This document shows, piece by piece, positions 11,501-22,184 of a stretch of DNA of 64,000 bases. Positions within the stretch are counted from its first letter, which is position 1. Each line of letters begins with the position of its first letter. Under the pieces are notes generated by a model that saw nothing but the letters and a program-made list of their open reading frames with translations, made no database searches and was not told where the DNA came from. The stretch comes from Mantamonas sphyraenae STR306 (Eukaryota > Protista > CRuMs): contig JAPMXV010000031.1 of assembly GCA_026936335.1 (NCBI GenBank), positions 186,001-250,000 of the forward strand, in the 5' to 3' direction. Made by a program: the position numbers and the translations under genes.

Positions 11501-12355
11501 CGCCTGTGTGCCGTGGCTCTCGACGCAGCGCTGGAGCTGAAGGAGGAGGCGGAGAGCACGCAACAGGCAAACTCCGGGTCTGTCACACGCACGGACACTC
11601 AGTACGACGCACGGGTGGCACGGTACCTGGAACCGCGCCAAGACGACGACAGTGTGTTCTCCGCAGAGCGTACGGCGTACCTGTACAGGCCCGTGTCCAT
11701 GGCGGCCGTGTTGCACGCCCTGGAGCTCATTGGCAGCATGGCGGAGAGCCTCATGGAGGAGGAGGTGGCAGCACGTGCGTACGAAGCCGGCGGCCATGTG
11801 CGAAGGCTGGCTTTGCTGTATGCACGCATGGCACAGGTGGACAAGCTGCGTACACTCGCTCAGGAGAGCAGTGTGCAGCGTGCCTTTGCTGCCTTGTGCC
11901 TTCTCAAGGTGGAGGACACGCCGGACAATGTCCAACTGTTGCTGGATGCGCTGACGAGTGAGGAAAGACACGCAGAGGCAATGGTGATAGCTCTGCAACA
12001 TGGACTGGTGGACAGGGCCCAGCTCATCCGCAAGGAGTGGAACACACACGTGGAACGCACCAACCGCCTTGGCAGCCAGGCCTCGCTGGCCATCAAAGAC
12101 ACCGACCGTGTGCCACAGGCCTTGCGACTGCGCGGCAAACGGGCCAAGGGGATGGCAGCCACACTTGGGGTCGATGTGGACGGCAGCGGCAGCACCCTCG
12201 GGGTGCCGGGCTCCTCCAGCGGAAGCGGACGCATACGTGCAGGCACATCTGCACGCAGGTCAGGACGTACGCGAGGCACCACCACAGTGGATATCAAGGC
12301 ACGCATGCGTTCGAGCACCCTCCTCAATTCCTTGGGACCGAAAAGCGGGCGGTGA
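8560..12355 (+). CDS. TSET/TPLATE complex WD40 scaffold subunit (TWD40-2/tstF/TTRAY-like)
   Basis: N-terminus LHPTKPWLATVDEEGLVSLWNYEEQ, then NWLLVACQHRVLWHDYITG and PWVAFGCSDGAIRLWD...EQLVSG, matching my recollection of plant TWD40-2 (HPTHPWLVTAD...VSVWNWEH...LVAFGSTDGVIR). Beta-propellers are followed by an alpha-solenoid. Three GTACGT...CAG introns (~8908-9025, ~9366-9446, ~9788-9890). Confidence 0.75.
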
Positions 12356-12389
12356 GTCGGCACGGCCAACCAAAAAGCGAATCCCAACC

Positions 12390-13296
12390 ATGAAGACCGT
12401 TATCATGACTCTTCTTGCTGCCTGCGTGCTTGTGGCTGTTGCCGCGCCGCCCAAGCCCATGTGGCCTTCTGCGTACAAAGCGTAGGTTGGGTGACGTGCG
12501 CCAAAGCCCTCGTTTTTTCCGGCCCCTCCCTTTCGTCGCCTCCCACAAGGCTCACACACAGCGAATCCACAGTGACTTCACCGTGGTCGTCGAGGGCCAC
12601 AGCCACGAGTTCACCGTGTCGGGCACCACCTACTACGACTACTCGCTGGTGCGTTTTTGCCGCTTCCTGGGTCTCCAAAAAGAGGGCTTTGGCGATTTTC
12701 CCGTTCCCGTTTCCGCAAGCGCGCATCATCTCTTTCCGCCGCCCTTGCGCTGCGTGTGGACATACTTGCGTGCACAGAACACCCGCAGCCGCTGCATGCG
12801 TCTTCCGTGCAGACGACACACACCTGCATTCCTGTTTAGACCCATGTCCAGTGCCGGGTGCCTCGCGTGTCCCTCCCGTCCACTGACACCCTCGTGTATT
12901 TTCCTCGCTCCACAGCAAGCCGACCGCTCCGACTTCCCGGACTTCCGTGAGCCGAACACCTACGACATTGTGCTGAACCTGTACGCCCAGAACAAGAGCT
13001 ACGAGTTCATCCAGAACGACAAGAGCTGTGTGGAGCGCAACCTGACGCGCCCCATGTTTGTGCCCGACTTCCACTGGTTCTCCTACCAGGGCCAGGCCGT
13101 CGTCAACGGCATCATCTGCGACCACTGGACGCACGACTCGGCCAACCAGCAGTACTGGGACGACTCGAGCAACCACCTGCCCGTGCAGTTCCAGAACGAG
13201 CACGAGACGTTCACCTACCGCAACTTTGAGACCGGACCCCAGGACCCGACCCTGTTCCGCAAGCCCTACGGCTCCAAGTGCACTCCCCGCCCGTAA
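12390..13296 (+). CDS. Secreted/lysosomal ependymin-related (EPDR/LolA-fold) lipid-binding protein
   Basis: Signal peptide MKTVIMTLLAACVLVAVA, PMWPSAY, GTTYYDY, YQGQAVVNGIICDHW, FETGPQDPTLFRKP..C; two introns. Confidence 0.6.
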
Positions 13297-13381
13297 AGTT
13301 CATCTTTGCGGTGCATGTGTGCGTTGGGAAAGGAATGCCAGAAGCAACAACAAAACTTGACGGATTTCCACCCCCCTCTTT

Positions 13382-15584
13382 TCATTCCCCGCTCCACACG
13401 CTCTTCTTGGCCGACTCGATGCGACTGAGCAGGGCCATGAGCGCCATGCGCACAGGCTCGCTGCAGTCGTAGTGACGAAGGGCAATGTCTTCGACGTCGA
13501 CGCCGTACAGACACAGGTAGTGGTGCAGTTCGAGCAGCTGCTCGGCCGTACGCACGTGGTTGACAAAGTCGGTAAACAGGCGGTTTACCTGTTGCGTAGT
13601 GAGCACACGCAGCCCCTCGATGGCTGAGTGCAGGCGGCGCACATGGCTGCCTACGTCGATGCCACTGACCTTGCGACGCCGTGTCATCACATCCTGCAGG
13701 TTGGAGGCAATCAAATAGCTGGTGGTGTCCTTCCATGCTGCGATGCGTGTGCTGTTTGCCTCCAGCAGACGCACCATGTCTGTCGAGCTCTGTGACGTGT
13801 ACTCTCTGCTGTGGAACGCCATGTCCACAATATGCTGTGCATACGAGCGGAACTGCTGTCGAATCCAGTATTCGTCGCAGCCAAGGTCCGCACCTTTGAT
13901 CACACGTCCAATGAACGTGCTGTCATGTGCATCGTGCTTGTTGCGTGCAAACGCAACGCTTGCCAGCATCGATGCAAAGTTCTGCTTCTTGGTCTGGTCT
14001 TCGGACAGCACCACCTTTTTGCTGTCAATGTCGCACAACACGTCCCACTGATCGTACTTATCCTCAAAGAACGGGTTTGTGGCGCCCACAATGAATCCCG
14101 GGCTGCGTATGGCACCCAATGTGTGTCAGCTTTGCCGGCTGCCTTGCGCCACGCCACCACCACCACCACCACCACCACCCCCACTTACATTCCGGAGAAG
14201 CTTAGATCATTGAGATTGACGCAAGGGAAGCAGCGGTTGCGCAGGATGCCGCTGATGCTGGGGGCAACGAGCAGGCAGCTGCTGAGGACAAACTTCGACA
14301 CCTCACCAGGCGAGATGTTGTGGCCCAGAAACATCACACGCTGTTCCAACAGGAGCGCATTAAAGATTTTCATCGTCTCTGTGCCAAACGTGTTGACAAT
14401 GAGGGACACCGAGGCCTGTGTGCGGGGGTGGGAGCCGGAGTGTGTCAGCAGTTTCGTTGATGTGTCTGCATGCCGTGGGCAAAACGTACATCGTCCACCT
14501 CGTCTGTGTGCATGGTGTATGGCACACGCATGGGAATGTCCAGCTTCTCCCATTTTGCATAGGTGACGTGGTCTTCCTCCCTGCGGTTGAGCAGGCACAT
14601 GGTGTCCATGTACTCCGGGTGTGCCGTCTTGAAGCGGTGGTACGTAGAAAAGTCCACATTGTTGATCGATTCGTACAGTGCCTTGATCACCTCCTCGCTC
14701 GGGTCCCGGTAGTACTTGTCCAGGGCAAACAAGAGCAATGGCTGGAGGGTCGTGTGTGTGTGTGTGTGTGTGTCTGTGTCAGCGTGGCACATGGGTCACT
14801 CGCTCACTCGCATCTGCTTGGAGTGCAAGGTGTGGCGGTGCACGCGAGGTGTGTATGAGCACTGACCTTGAGCACGTGGAAGAACGGGTGCGGTGTGCAC
14901 ACCGTGATGGCCTTGAGCACGGCCCCACGTTTGTCGCTGCTGTCCTTCTTGGCCCGCGACAGGTTGAGGCAATACAGGGAAGGGAGAGCGTCGATGCCAT
15001 CCAAGCTGTCGATGTCGCACATGGTGGAGCCGTTGGAGGACGCGGCGGCGGCTTCGGCCACCTGCTCGTCCAACGGCGGATTCACGCTGTACACACTCTG
15101 CTCTGCGGTCGGCAGTTGGTGAGACAGGGGAGGGTATGGTCCTCGATTGATAAGGAACACCGTCCAGTCCCATTCCTGGTGGTGGCATCCGTCCGGAAGC
15201 ATCTGGTAGGCCAGGTTGCTGTTTGCAAGATGGCGTGAGACTCGGAGTTTGCCAAAAAGGAGCCACAGCGTACACGGTGCTGCTGTGTACCCAATGCTCA
15301 TCTACGCCTCACACAACCTACTCTTCATCTAGTCCTGTCGGCTGAGGGTATTGATACTTGAGCACAGAGCCCGAGTCATTGTCAAACTCGGCCAGCAAGA
15401 CGTACACGCAGCTCGGGATCTTCTCCAGCTCCTCCAGCTCCTCCAACACGCTTTCGGGCAACTGTTCCTCCACAGAGGATGACGAAGAAGACAAAGACGA
15501 GGATGAGGACGCGCCACTGCCCTCAACCTTGCTGGATTGCTTGCTGATAACGATTTCGTCGTTTGCGGCTTCCTCCGTGCTCAT
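13382..15584 (-). CDS. Afi1/MesA family DENN-like polarity protein (Arf3-interacting protein 1-like)
   Basis: YVLLAEFDNDSGSVLKYQYP, MLPDGCHHQEWDWTVF, KRGAVLKAITVCTPHPFFHVLK, IFNALLLEQRVMFLG, PGFIVGATNPFFE...WDVLCDI; four GT-AG introns. Confidence 0.8.
14752..14774. repeat. (GT)n microsatellite in an Afi1-like gene intron
   Basis: gtgtgtgtg run. Confidence 0.85.
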
Positions 15585-15713
15585 TTGCGTTGTCTGGCAT
15601 GCCGCAGAGCCATCACCATCCCGGACACAAACCTGGTATTGAATATGCATGCATTCCCTGCAGCCATATGGATCATGGCCTGTGTGTTTCATTTCCGTTC
15701 CGTCGATCAATTT

Positions 15714-16939
15714 CTACGGCTCAATCTGGACCGCATCGCCGTTGATGCAAGTGAGCAAGTCGTTTCCTTCGATATAGGCCACGATGTTGTCGATGCACAG
15801 GTTGCCCATGTCGTTGCGGGCGGTGGTAGTGCCTGAGCCGATGTGCGGGGCCATCACGACGTTGTCCAGCTGCATCAGGCCTTCCTGGATCTCCGGTTCG
15901 TTCTCAAACACATCCAGTCCGGCACCTGCAATCACCTTGTTGCTCAGCGCATCCACCAGGGCCTTTTCATCCACCAGCGGGCCACGTCCGACGTTGATCA
16001 AAAACGCCGTCTCTTTCATGGTGCTGAGCTCCTGCTCGCCAATGAGATGGCGTGTGTCGTCGGTCAGAGGACACAGAAGCACCACAAAGTCCGACCTGGC
16101 CAGCAGCGTCTCCTTGTCAACAAATTCGGCGCCCAGCTCCTTGGCGTTTTCCTTCTCGCTGCGGCCGGTGTACAGGATGTCCATGTCAAAGCCTGTGGCA
16201 CGCTTGGCCACGGCAGAGCCAATGCGGCCCATGCCAATGATTCCCAGAGTCTTGCCGGCCACGGGAGCGCCAAGGAACAGCGTGGGAGACCACGCCGTTT
16301 TGGCGTCCCACTTGCCTCCACGCACGTATGCATCTGCCTCCACAATGCGTCGCGCAGACGACATGAGAAGCGACCATGTCAGATCAGCCGTGGCATCGGT
16401 GAGCACCTGTGTGCAGTGGCAATTGGTGTGTCAGAGGCAACAAATACCGACAAGAGCAAAAACGGGTTCACGCGCACACCAACCATCTCGACCGTGTCAG
16501 CGAGAACCCAGACACGAGATGGCATGTGAGGTATGGAAAAACGGGGTGGCATCAACTCACATCCGGGGTGTTGGTCACGTAAATGCCGGCCTCCGAGGCG
16601 TAGGAGACGTCGATGTTGTTTGTCCCAACGGCGTACTGCGCAATCATCTTGACGTTGGGCACCTGCTTGAGGACGTCGGCGTTCAGCTTGTCGGTGAGTT
16701 GAGACAGCACAATATCTGCGTTCTGCATGCCCTCCAACAGTTCTGCAGAGGTCCGTGTGAGTGTGCGGAGGATTGGCTGTGCGTCTACGATCATGCGCGT
16801 TGTGGCTGCTTCTCTCCCTCATACCTTCGGCAGACAGCACTCGGTCTTCGTCGTTCATGTGCAAGTCAGTCACCTGCTCGAGGCCGCGGATGCGGTCCAT
16901 GCATGCTTGAGGCAGACGGCGTGTCACAAAGAGGCGCAT
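15714..16939 (-). CDS. D-2-hydroxyacid dehydrogenase (glyoxylate/hydroxypyruvate reductase, GyaR/GRHPR family)
   Basis: LFVTRRLP, AVGTNNID, VTNTPDVLTDATADL, Rossmann GIIGMGRIG, INVGRGPLVDE, GLDVFENEP, PHIGS; two introns. Confidence 0.9.
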
Positions 16940-17088
16940 CTGGCGGATTGATTCGGGTGCTTTGCACGGGGCTCCTTGATTGCATCCATCATCATCATCA
17001 TCGCATGATCGCATGTGAACAATGCCAACATTGGACGCAATTCCCGGGGTGAACTCTGTGCGCTTGTTTGTCCATCCCAATTCATCGC

Positions 17089-18273
17089 ATGTCTCGTCGC
17101 AGCAGTCGTCGCAAGAGCACAACGACCACAACCGTGGTGCAGGAGGAGGCGACAGACAACGACGTCACCGTGATCACAGAAACCCAGGTGGTGGAAAACA
17201 CGGTGGAAGAAACGACCACGCCAGCAAAGGGCAAAGGCACGCAAAAAGGCGGCCGCAAACGCAAAAAGGTGAGCGATGAGGCGGCCACGAAACGTCAGCG
17301 TGCCGAAGACGACAAAGATGAGGACGTCAAGGCAGATGGGGCGAGTGCATCCACACCCAAGGCCAAGGGAAAGGGCAAGGCCAAAGGCAAGAAGGAAACA
17401 CCCAACAAGGCAAAGTCTCCGGCGCTGCAACGCGTCAACTCGATCGTCTGCGATTGGGATGGGATCGAGCCGTCGCCGCAGCACATCAAACTGGTCTCAT
17501 GGAACGTGGCGTCGCTTCGGCAGATTCTGGCCAAGGGCATTGTGCAAGAGTACGTGTCCAAAGAGCAGCCCGACGTCCTCTGCTTGCAGGAGACAAAGCT
17601 GAACGAAGGGATGACAGCGACCGAGATTGAGGAGCTCGGCTACCACGCGTGGTACTGCCACTGTGACATCAAGAAGGGCCATGCCGGTGTGGCCACTTTT
17701 GTGCGCAAGGACAGTGCTCTGAGTGTGCTGGAGACCTGTGAGGGTGTGCCGGGGGTCGAAACGGAGCATTCGGGACGCGTGCTGATCACTCGCTTTGCCG
17801 ACTTTACGCTGATCAATGCGTACGTGCAGAATAGCAGCCGTGGCTTGGTCAACCTGGAAAAGCGTCTCGCGTTTGATGCAGAGTTCCAGGCGTACCTGAA
17901 AAAGATCCAGGAGGAAGGGCAAGACGTGGTGCTGTGCGGCGACCTGAATGTCAGCCACCAGGAGATCGATCTGGCCAACCCAAAGTCCAACAAGCGCACA
18001 GCAGGCTTCACTCCACAGGAGCGCGAGTCGTTTGGTCGCATGCTGGAACTGGGGCTGGTGGACAGCCAGCGTGAGCTGAACCCCGACGTCGAGGGGCTTT
18101 ACACATGGCATTCCTTTCGCAACAACTGTTACGAAAAGAACGTGGGCTGGCGCCTGGACTACTGGATCTGCACAGCTTCCTTCTTCAAGGAGCACGTGCA
18201 GGATGTGATCATCCGGCGCGGCGTGCGTGGCTCGGATCACCTGCCGCTTGTCTGCCTGCTCGGTTCTGGGTGA
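17089..18273 (+). CDS. APEX1: AP endonuclease/exodeoxyribonuclease III (APE1 family)
   Basis: SWNV, VLCLQETK, CGDLNVSHQEIDLANPKSN, AGFTPQER, NVGWRLDY, GSDHLP; basic N-terminal extension. Confidence 0.9.
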   Translation: MSRRSSRRKSTTTTTVVQEEATDNDVTVITETQVVENTVEETTTPAKGKGTQKGGRKRKKVSDEAATKRQRAEDDKDEDVKADGASASTPKAKGKGKAKGKKETPNKAKSPALQRVNSIVCDWDGIEPSPQHIKLVSWNVASLRQILAKGIVQEYVSKEQPDVLCLQETKLNEGMTATEIEELGYHAWYCHCDIKKGHAGVATFVRKDSALSVLETCEGVPGVETEHSGRVLITRFADFTLINAYVQNSSRGLVNLEKRLAFDAEFQAYLKKIQEEGQDVVLCGDLNVSHQEIDLANPKSNKRTAGFTPQERESFGRMLELGLVDSQRELNPDVEGLYTWHSFRNNCYEKNVGWRLDYWICTASFFKEHVQDVIIRRGVRGSDHLPLVCLLGSG

Positions 18274-18375
18274 GTGTGTTGGGCAGAGTGTGAATGAGCG
18301 ACACTGCCGGGTTGCCAATGAAGGACTGGTGCGCTGCGGCATGCAGTGAAAATCCACTTGCAGCACTGCACAACC

Positions 18376-19647
18376 ATGCCAAACATCCGCACTATTGGCT
18401 TTGGAATCAGCCTCTCCACGTTGCTGACGGACGAGGAACGCGCACAGGGCATGAAATTGTTTGCACACAACAAGGAAGAGGTTGATTCAGAGCAGGTGTG
18501 CACCGAACGAGTGCAGAAAGCTCTGGCGGAGGCCAAGGCAGTGCTGGACACCCTGAGCGCTGTTGCCAAACTGACCGTGCAGACCACTCGTGTGCTCACC
18601 GAGTCCTATGAGCATTACTTTGCGGTGGAAGAGGGCCTGGAGGTGGTGTTGTTCCAGGCCCAGCAGCTGGATGCCATGTGTGCCGACCTGGAGGTGCATT
18701 TTATGAACATCGGCCCAGCCACCTCGGCTGCAGCCCTGGCCATGGTGGCCCCCATTGTGGAAAACACCAAACTGCTCACATGCTCGGCCCACCTGCTCAA
18801 TGAGCCCGAGGACGAGCTCACGTCGCTGCAGCTAGACTACAGCGTGGCCGAGGCGATGGCAGAGACCGTTCTGCGACTCGGGTCCAACACGGAGCAGGGC
18901 TTTGGCAATTTTCGCTTCTGCATGACTGCCAACTGCGCCCCAGGCATCCCTTTCTTCCCCGCAGGGTACCACGGCGTAGGCAGTGCGTCCACCCTCGCCC
19001 TGGGTCTGGAGTGTTCCGACATGGTCGTCGAGGCGCTGGGGGCGTCCGACGGCACTCTCGCCCATGCCAAACGGCTGCTGCGGGACTCCATGCAGAGTGT
19101 GTTTGGCGAGTTGGAAGAGAGCATGCTGGAGGCCCTGGAGAATGTCGACGGCGTGTCTCTGGCTGGCTTTGACGTGTCCATTGCACCCAGCACAAACGAA
19201 GCCGAGTCACTGGCCACCGCCTACGAGTCTCTGGGCCTCTTGGACAAGTTTGGACAAATGGGCACGCTGACCATCACTCAAATGCTCACCGATGTGCTGC
19301 GTCACCTTTCGCTGCAGACAGGACGAGTCGGCTACTCGGGCGTCATGTTGCCTCTCCTCGAGGACCACGGGTTGGCCAGACGGGCCTCCAACGCATCCTT
19401 GTCCATCTCACAGCTGCTTTTGTACAGCACCGTGTGTGGCATTGGCCTCGACTGCGTGCCAATCCCAGGCGACACCTCTGTGGCTCACTTGGCAAACATC
19501 TTTATGGATGTCGCCACACTGGCCTACCGCCTGGATAAGCCGCTGTCTGCACGTCTGTTTCCTGTCCAAGGAGCCGGAGTGGGCGACCTGGCCACGTTTG
19601 ACAGTCCGTATCTGGTCGACTGCGAGGTGTTGGACCCGTCGCGGTAA
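18376..19647 (+). CDS. DUF711/UPF0210 family (PFL-like fold) protein
   Basis: IRTI at the N-terminus, NFRFCMTAN..PGIPFFPAGYH, GYSGVMLPLLED, LLYSTVCGIGLDCVPIPGD, LDKPLSARLFPV. Intronless. Confidence 0.8.
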   Translation: MPNIRTIGFGISLSTLLTDEERAQGMKLFAHNKEEVDSEQVCTERVQKALAEAKAVLDTLSAVAKLTVQTTRVLTESYEHYFAVEEGLEVVLFQAQQLDAMCADLEVHFMNIGPATSAAALAMVAPIVENTKLLTCSAHLLNEPEDELTSLQLDYSVAEAMAETVLRLGSNTEQGFGNFRFCMTANCAPGIPFFPAGYHGVGSASTLALGLECSDMVVEALGASDGTLAHAKRLLRDSMQSVFGELEESMLEALENVDGVSLAGFDVSIAPSTNEAESLATAYESLGLLDKFGQMGTLTITQMLTDVLRHLSLQTGRVGYSGVMLPLLEDHGLARRASNASLSISQLLLYSTVCGIGLDCVPIPGDTSVAHLANIFMDVATLAYRLDKPLSARLFPVQGAGVGDLATFDSPYLVDCEVLDPSR

Positions 19648-19727
19648 ATTCGCCAAATCATCTGGCATTCCCTCGCCACCCAGCGTGCACACACGTATAC
19701 ACACCTGATCTTCACCTCTTCTTGACC

Positions 19728-21092
19728 ATGAGCATGTTTTCCAGCTGGTTTGTGGCTGAGGACGAGGATGACGGCCATGAGAACACTGGGGAATCGACGA
19801 CGTCGACGTCGTCCGGGAACTCAGGCCAAACGCTTTCTTCCTCGGGCAGCAGTGGTTTCGAAGCGACTCTGGAGGACATGCGTTCTAGTCTCACCGACCC
19901 CATCACCATGGAATTGTACGATGACCCTGTGGTGACATCGTGCGGCCACACGTTCTCGCGGGCAACACTGGAGTCGTGGCTGAGCAACCACGCCACCTGC
20001 CCATTGTGCAATGGCCCAAACCTCACCCTGGACGCTTGCAAACCCAACTATGCGTTGCGTGACGCACTGGTGACGCTGAGTTCCCTCGAGGCCAGCCTCA
20101 CGCGGTCGGCCGAAAGCCACAAACGCGTCCTGCACACGGTGAAGCAGTTGCAGGACGAAGTGCAGGAGCTGACCAACTCGCAGGCAAGCGGCGTTTCCTC
20201 CTCTTCGGGCAAGCGGCAGAGGAAGAAAAAGGCCAAGGACAGCGGCGTGCAGGTGATGGAGATGCGGCCCAGCCAACTCGAAGAGACTGCACGCGTCGTG
20301 GGGCTGGCCTATGCAGACACGCCACACTACCAGTACATCCTGGGCAGTGGCAGCGACTCGAAGAACGAAAAGAAGATCCGCTACATCAGCGAACGCGCGC
20401 TCACGTACGCGACGGAGCACGGCCGCGTCTTTGTGGCCACAGACGAGGACGGGGCCGTGCTCGGGGCCAGCCTGTGGAGCTCTCCCGTCAAACAACAGTT
20501 GGATGTGCTGTCCATGATCAAGGCTGGGTTGTTTGAGGCGCCATTCAACCTCGGATTGTCTGCGTTTTCGCGCTCCATGACACAGTTGAGCGCACACGAG
20601 AACGCGCACACACGCACTGTGGACATCCTGGAAGCCGGCGAGCACTGGAGCTTGTATCGTATTGGTGTGCGCCACGACGCACGTGGAAAGGGTGTGGGAC
20701 AGGCCCTGCTGCGGCCTGTGCTGCAGATTGCAGCAGACAGCAAACTGCCCGTGTTTGCCATCGCTCAGGATGGTGCCGTCGACTTTCTCCTCGCCTCTGG
20801 CTTCCATCGCTTGGAAATGTTTGATTCGCCCACGGATTTCTTCACGATGTGGGCTGAGCCATGGAAACTGAACTTGGAGGACGAGGACGAGGACGAGGAC
20901 GAGGTGCAGGAAGCCGGGGAAGTGCATGAGCAAGAGGAGCAAATCACAGTCACAGCGATCACCGTCAACCCAGAGATGGGTGACGATGGTGAACTGCATG
21001 CGTCGCGGCTCTACGCGCAGCCCTCTGCGAGGGGCAATGGCGACGACGGCGACGACGACGACGACGCAAAGAGTGTCGAATCGACAGGATGA
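19728..21092 (+). CDS. U-box/RING-like domain + coiled coil + GNAT acetyltransferase-fold fusion protein
   Basis: LTDPITMELYDDPVVTSCGHTFSRATLESWL...TCPLC...PNYALR. GNAT: AYADTP, GAVLGASLW, HWSLYRIGVRHDARGKGVGQALL. Confidence 0.75.
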   Translation: MSMFSSWFVAEDEDDGHENTGESTTSTSSGNSGQTLSSSGSSGFEATLEDMRSSLTDPITMELYDDPVVTSCGHTFSRATLESWLSNHATCPLCNGPNLTLDACKPNYALRDALVTLSSLEASLTRSAESHKRVLHTVKQLQDEVQELTNSQASGVSSSSGKRQRKKKAKDSGVQVMEMRPSQLEETARVVGLAYADTPHYQYILGSGSDSKNEKKIRYISERALTYATEHGRVFVATDEDGAVLGASLWSSPVKQQLDVLSMIKAGLFEAPFNLGLSAFSRSMTQLSAHENAHTRTVDILEAGEHWSLYRIGVRHDARGKGVGQALLRPVLQIAADSKLPVFAIAQDGAVDFLLASGFHRLEMFDSPTDFFTMWAEPWKLNLEDEDEDEDEVQEAGEVHEQEEQITVTAITVNPEMGDDGELHASRLYAQPSARGNGDDGDDDDDAKSVESTG

Positions 21093-21175
21093 CCCCATCA
21101 TTCCCAACAATGAAGAAAACAGTTGCCAGCACAGTGTTGCCCTGAAACACCCGTGCCCGTGCCCGTCTCCTACCA

Positions 21176-22153
21176 ATGTTTTCTCGGCAAAGCAGGGCGA
21201 TTGCGAATCGCGGAAGGGTAGTTCCGCGCCTGCATCAGCCTCGGAACCCGTGGGCTGTCGGTGTACATACAAGTGCCATGCCTCTGGGCAAAGACCCGCA
21301 AGGCAAAGCCAAGGAGGAGCTGAGTATGGAAGAACGGTTGCAACGCATCCGCTCCTCGGGCTTGCCCGAGGTCAAAGGAGCCTCCATGCTGGAGCGTGCC
21401 AATGACGAAATGGCCTGGGTGGGCCAGGGAAGCTCGTCAGGGGACAGCGACGCACACTCTGAGCTGACCTTTGTGTTTTTGGAAGGCGAGGCCGCGACGG
21501 GCAAGAGCTCGATCTGTTCGCGGCTTGCGCGAATGGGCTTTTGCACGGTCAAGGAGAACTACGTGGAGATGTGCAAGTCGATTGTTCCCTTTGAGGCGGC
21601 CAAGCACGTGGCTACCGTCAAGTGGCTGGCCAATGTGGTCGACCGCATGCTGCAGCACGTGGCCGAGCACAAGCAAGACGCCACGACGTTTCCCGAGAAC
21701 CTGGTCTTTTTCGACCGCTCCCCGCTCACGCCGTCCATCTACTGCTCCAACGACGAGGCTGCGCTGTACGTGTATGCCAGCAAGGTGATGCACGAAATCC
21801 AGCAGCACTTCCGCTGCCGCACGGTGTACTGCCACGCACCAGAGGAAATTGTCACGAAGCGCATTCTCGCTCGCTATGATCTCGGGAGCGCAGAGGAGAA
21901 GGCCACACGAGAACGGTTGGGCGAACTCGACGACGCCTACCGAGCAAACATCCTGGCCAAGTACGAACAGGTGCGTGACAACGCTGGCTTTGACCTTGAA
22001 CTGTTGACCATGGACACCAAACAGGCCACAGCCAAGCTCCTGCACATGCTCGGCGTCGGCTTTTCCCTCCCAAACACAAAGCGCACGGTGGAGCTCGAGT
22101 ATTCGGACCCTCGCTTCCGCCTTGACAAATACAACCTCGTGGTCGAGCGCTGA
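21176..22153 (+). CDS. P-loop nucleoside/nucleotide monophosphate kinase-like protein (dNK/TMK/AAA_28-like) with predicted mitochondrial presequence
   Basis: FVFLEGEAATGKSS Walker A, LVFFDRSP. Arg-rich N-terminus without acidic residues, MFSRQSRAIANRGRVVPRL. Confidence 0.65.
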   Translation: MFSRQSRAIANRGRVVPRLHQPRNPWAVGVHTSAMPLGKDPQGKAKEELSMEERLQRIRSSGLPEVKGASMLERANDEMAWVGQGSSSGDSDAHSELTFVFLEGEAATGKSSICSRLARMGFCTVKENYVEMCKSIVPFEAAKHVATVKWLANVVDRMLQHVAEHKQDATTFPENLVFFDRSPLTPSIYCSNDEAALYVYASKVMHEIQQHFRCRTVYCHAPEEIVTKRILARYDLGSAEEKATRERLGELDDAYRANILAKYEQVRDNAGFDLELLTMDTKQATAKLLHMLGVGFSLPNTKRTVELEYSDPRFRLDKYNLVVER

Positions 22154-22184
22154 CGCTCGACCAACCAGCCAAACCCTGCCCAAC

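Noticed and set aside
15585-15716. Glyoxylate reductase TAG is in frame with the Afi1-like ATG with no intervening stop (read-through fusion?)
   Set aside because: A 43-codon open stretch is unremarkable at this GC content, the stop context is not a known read-through motif, and the functions are unrelated.
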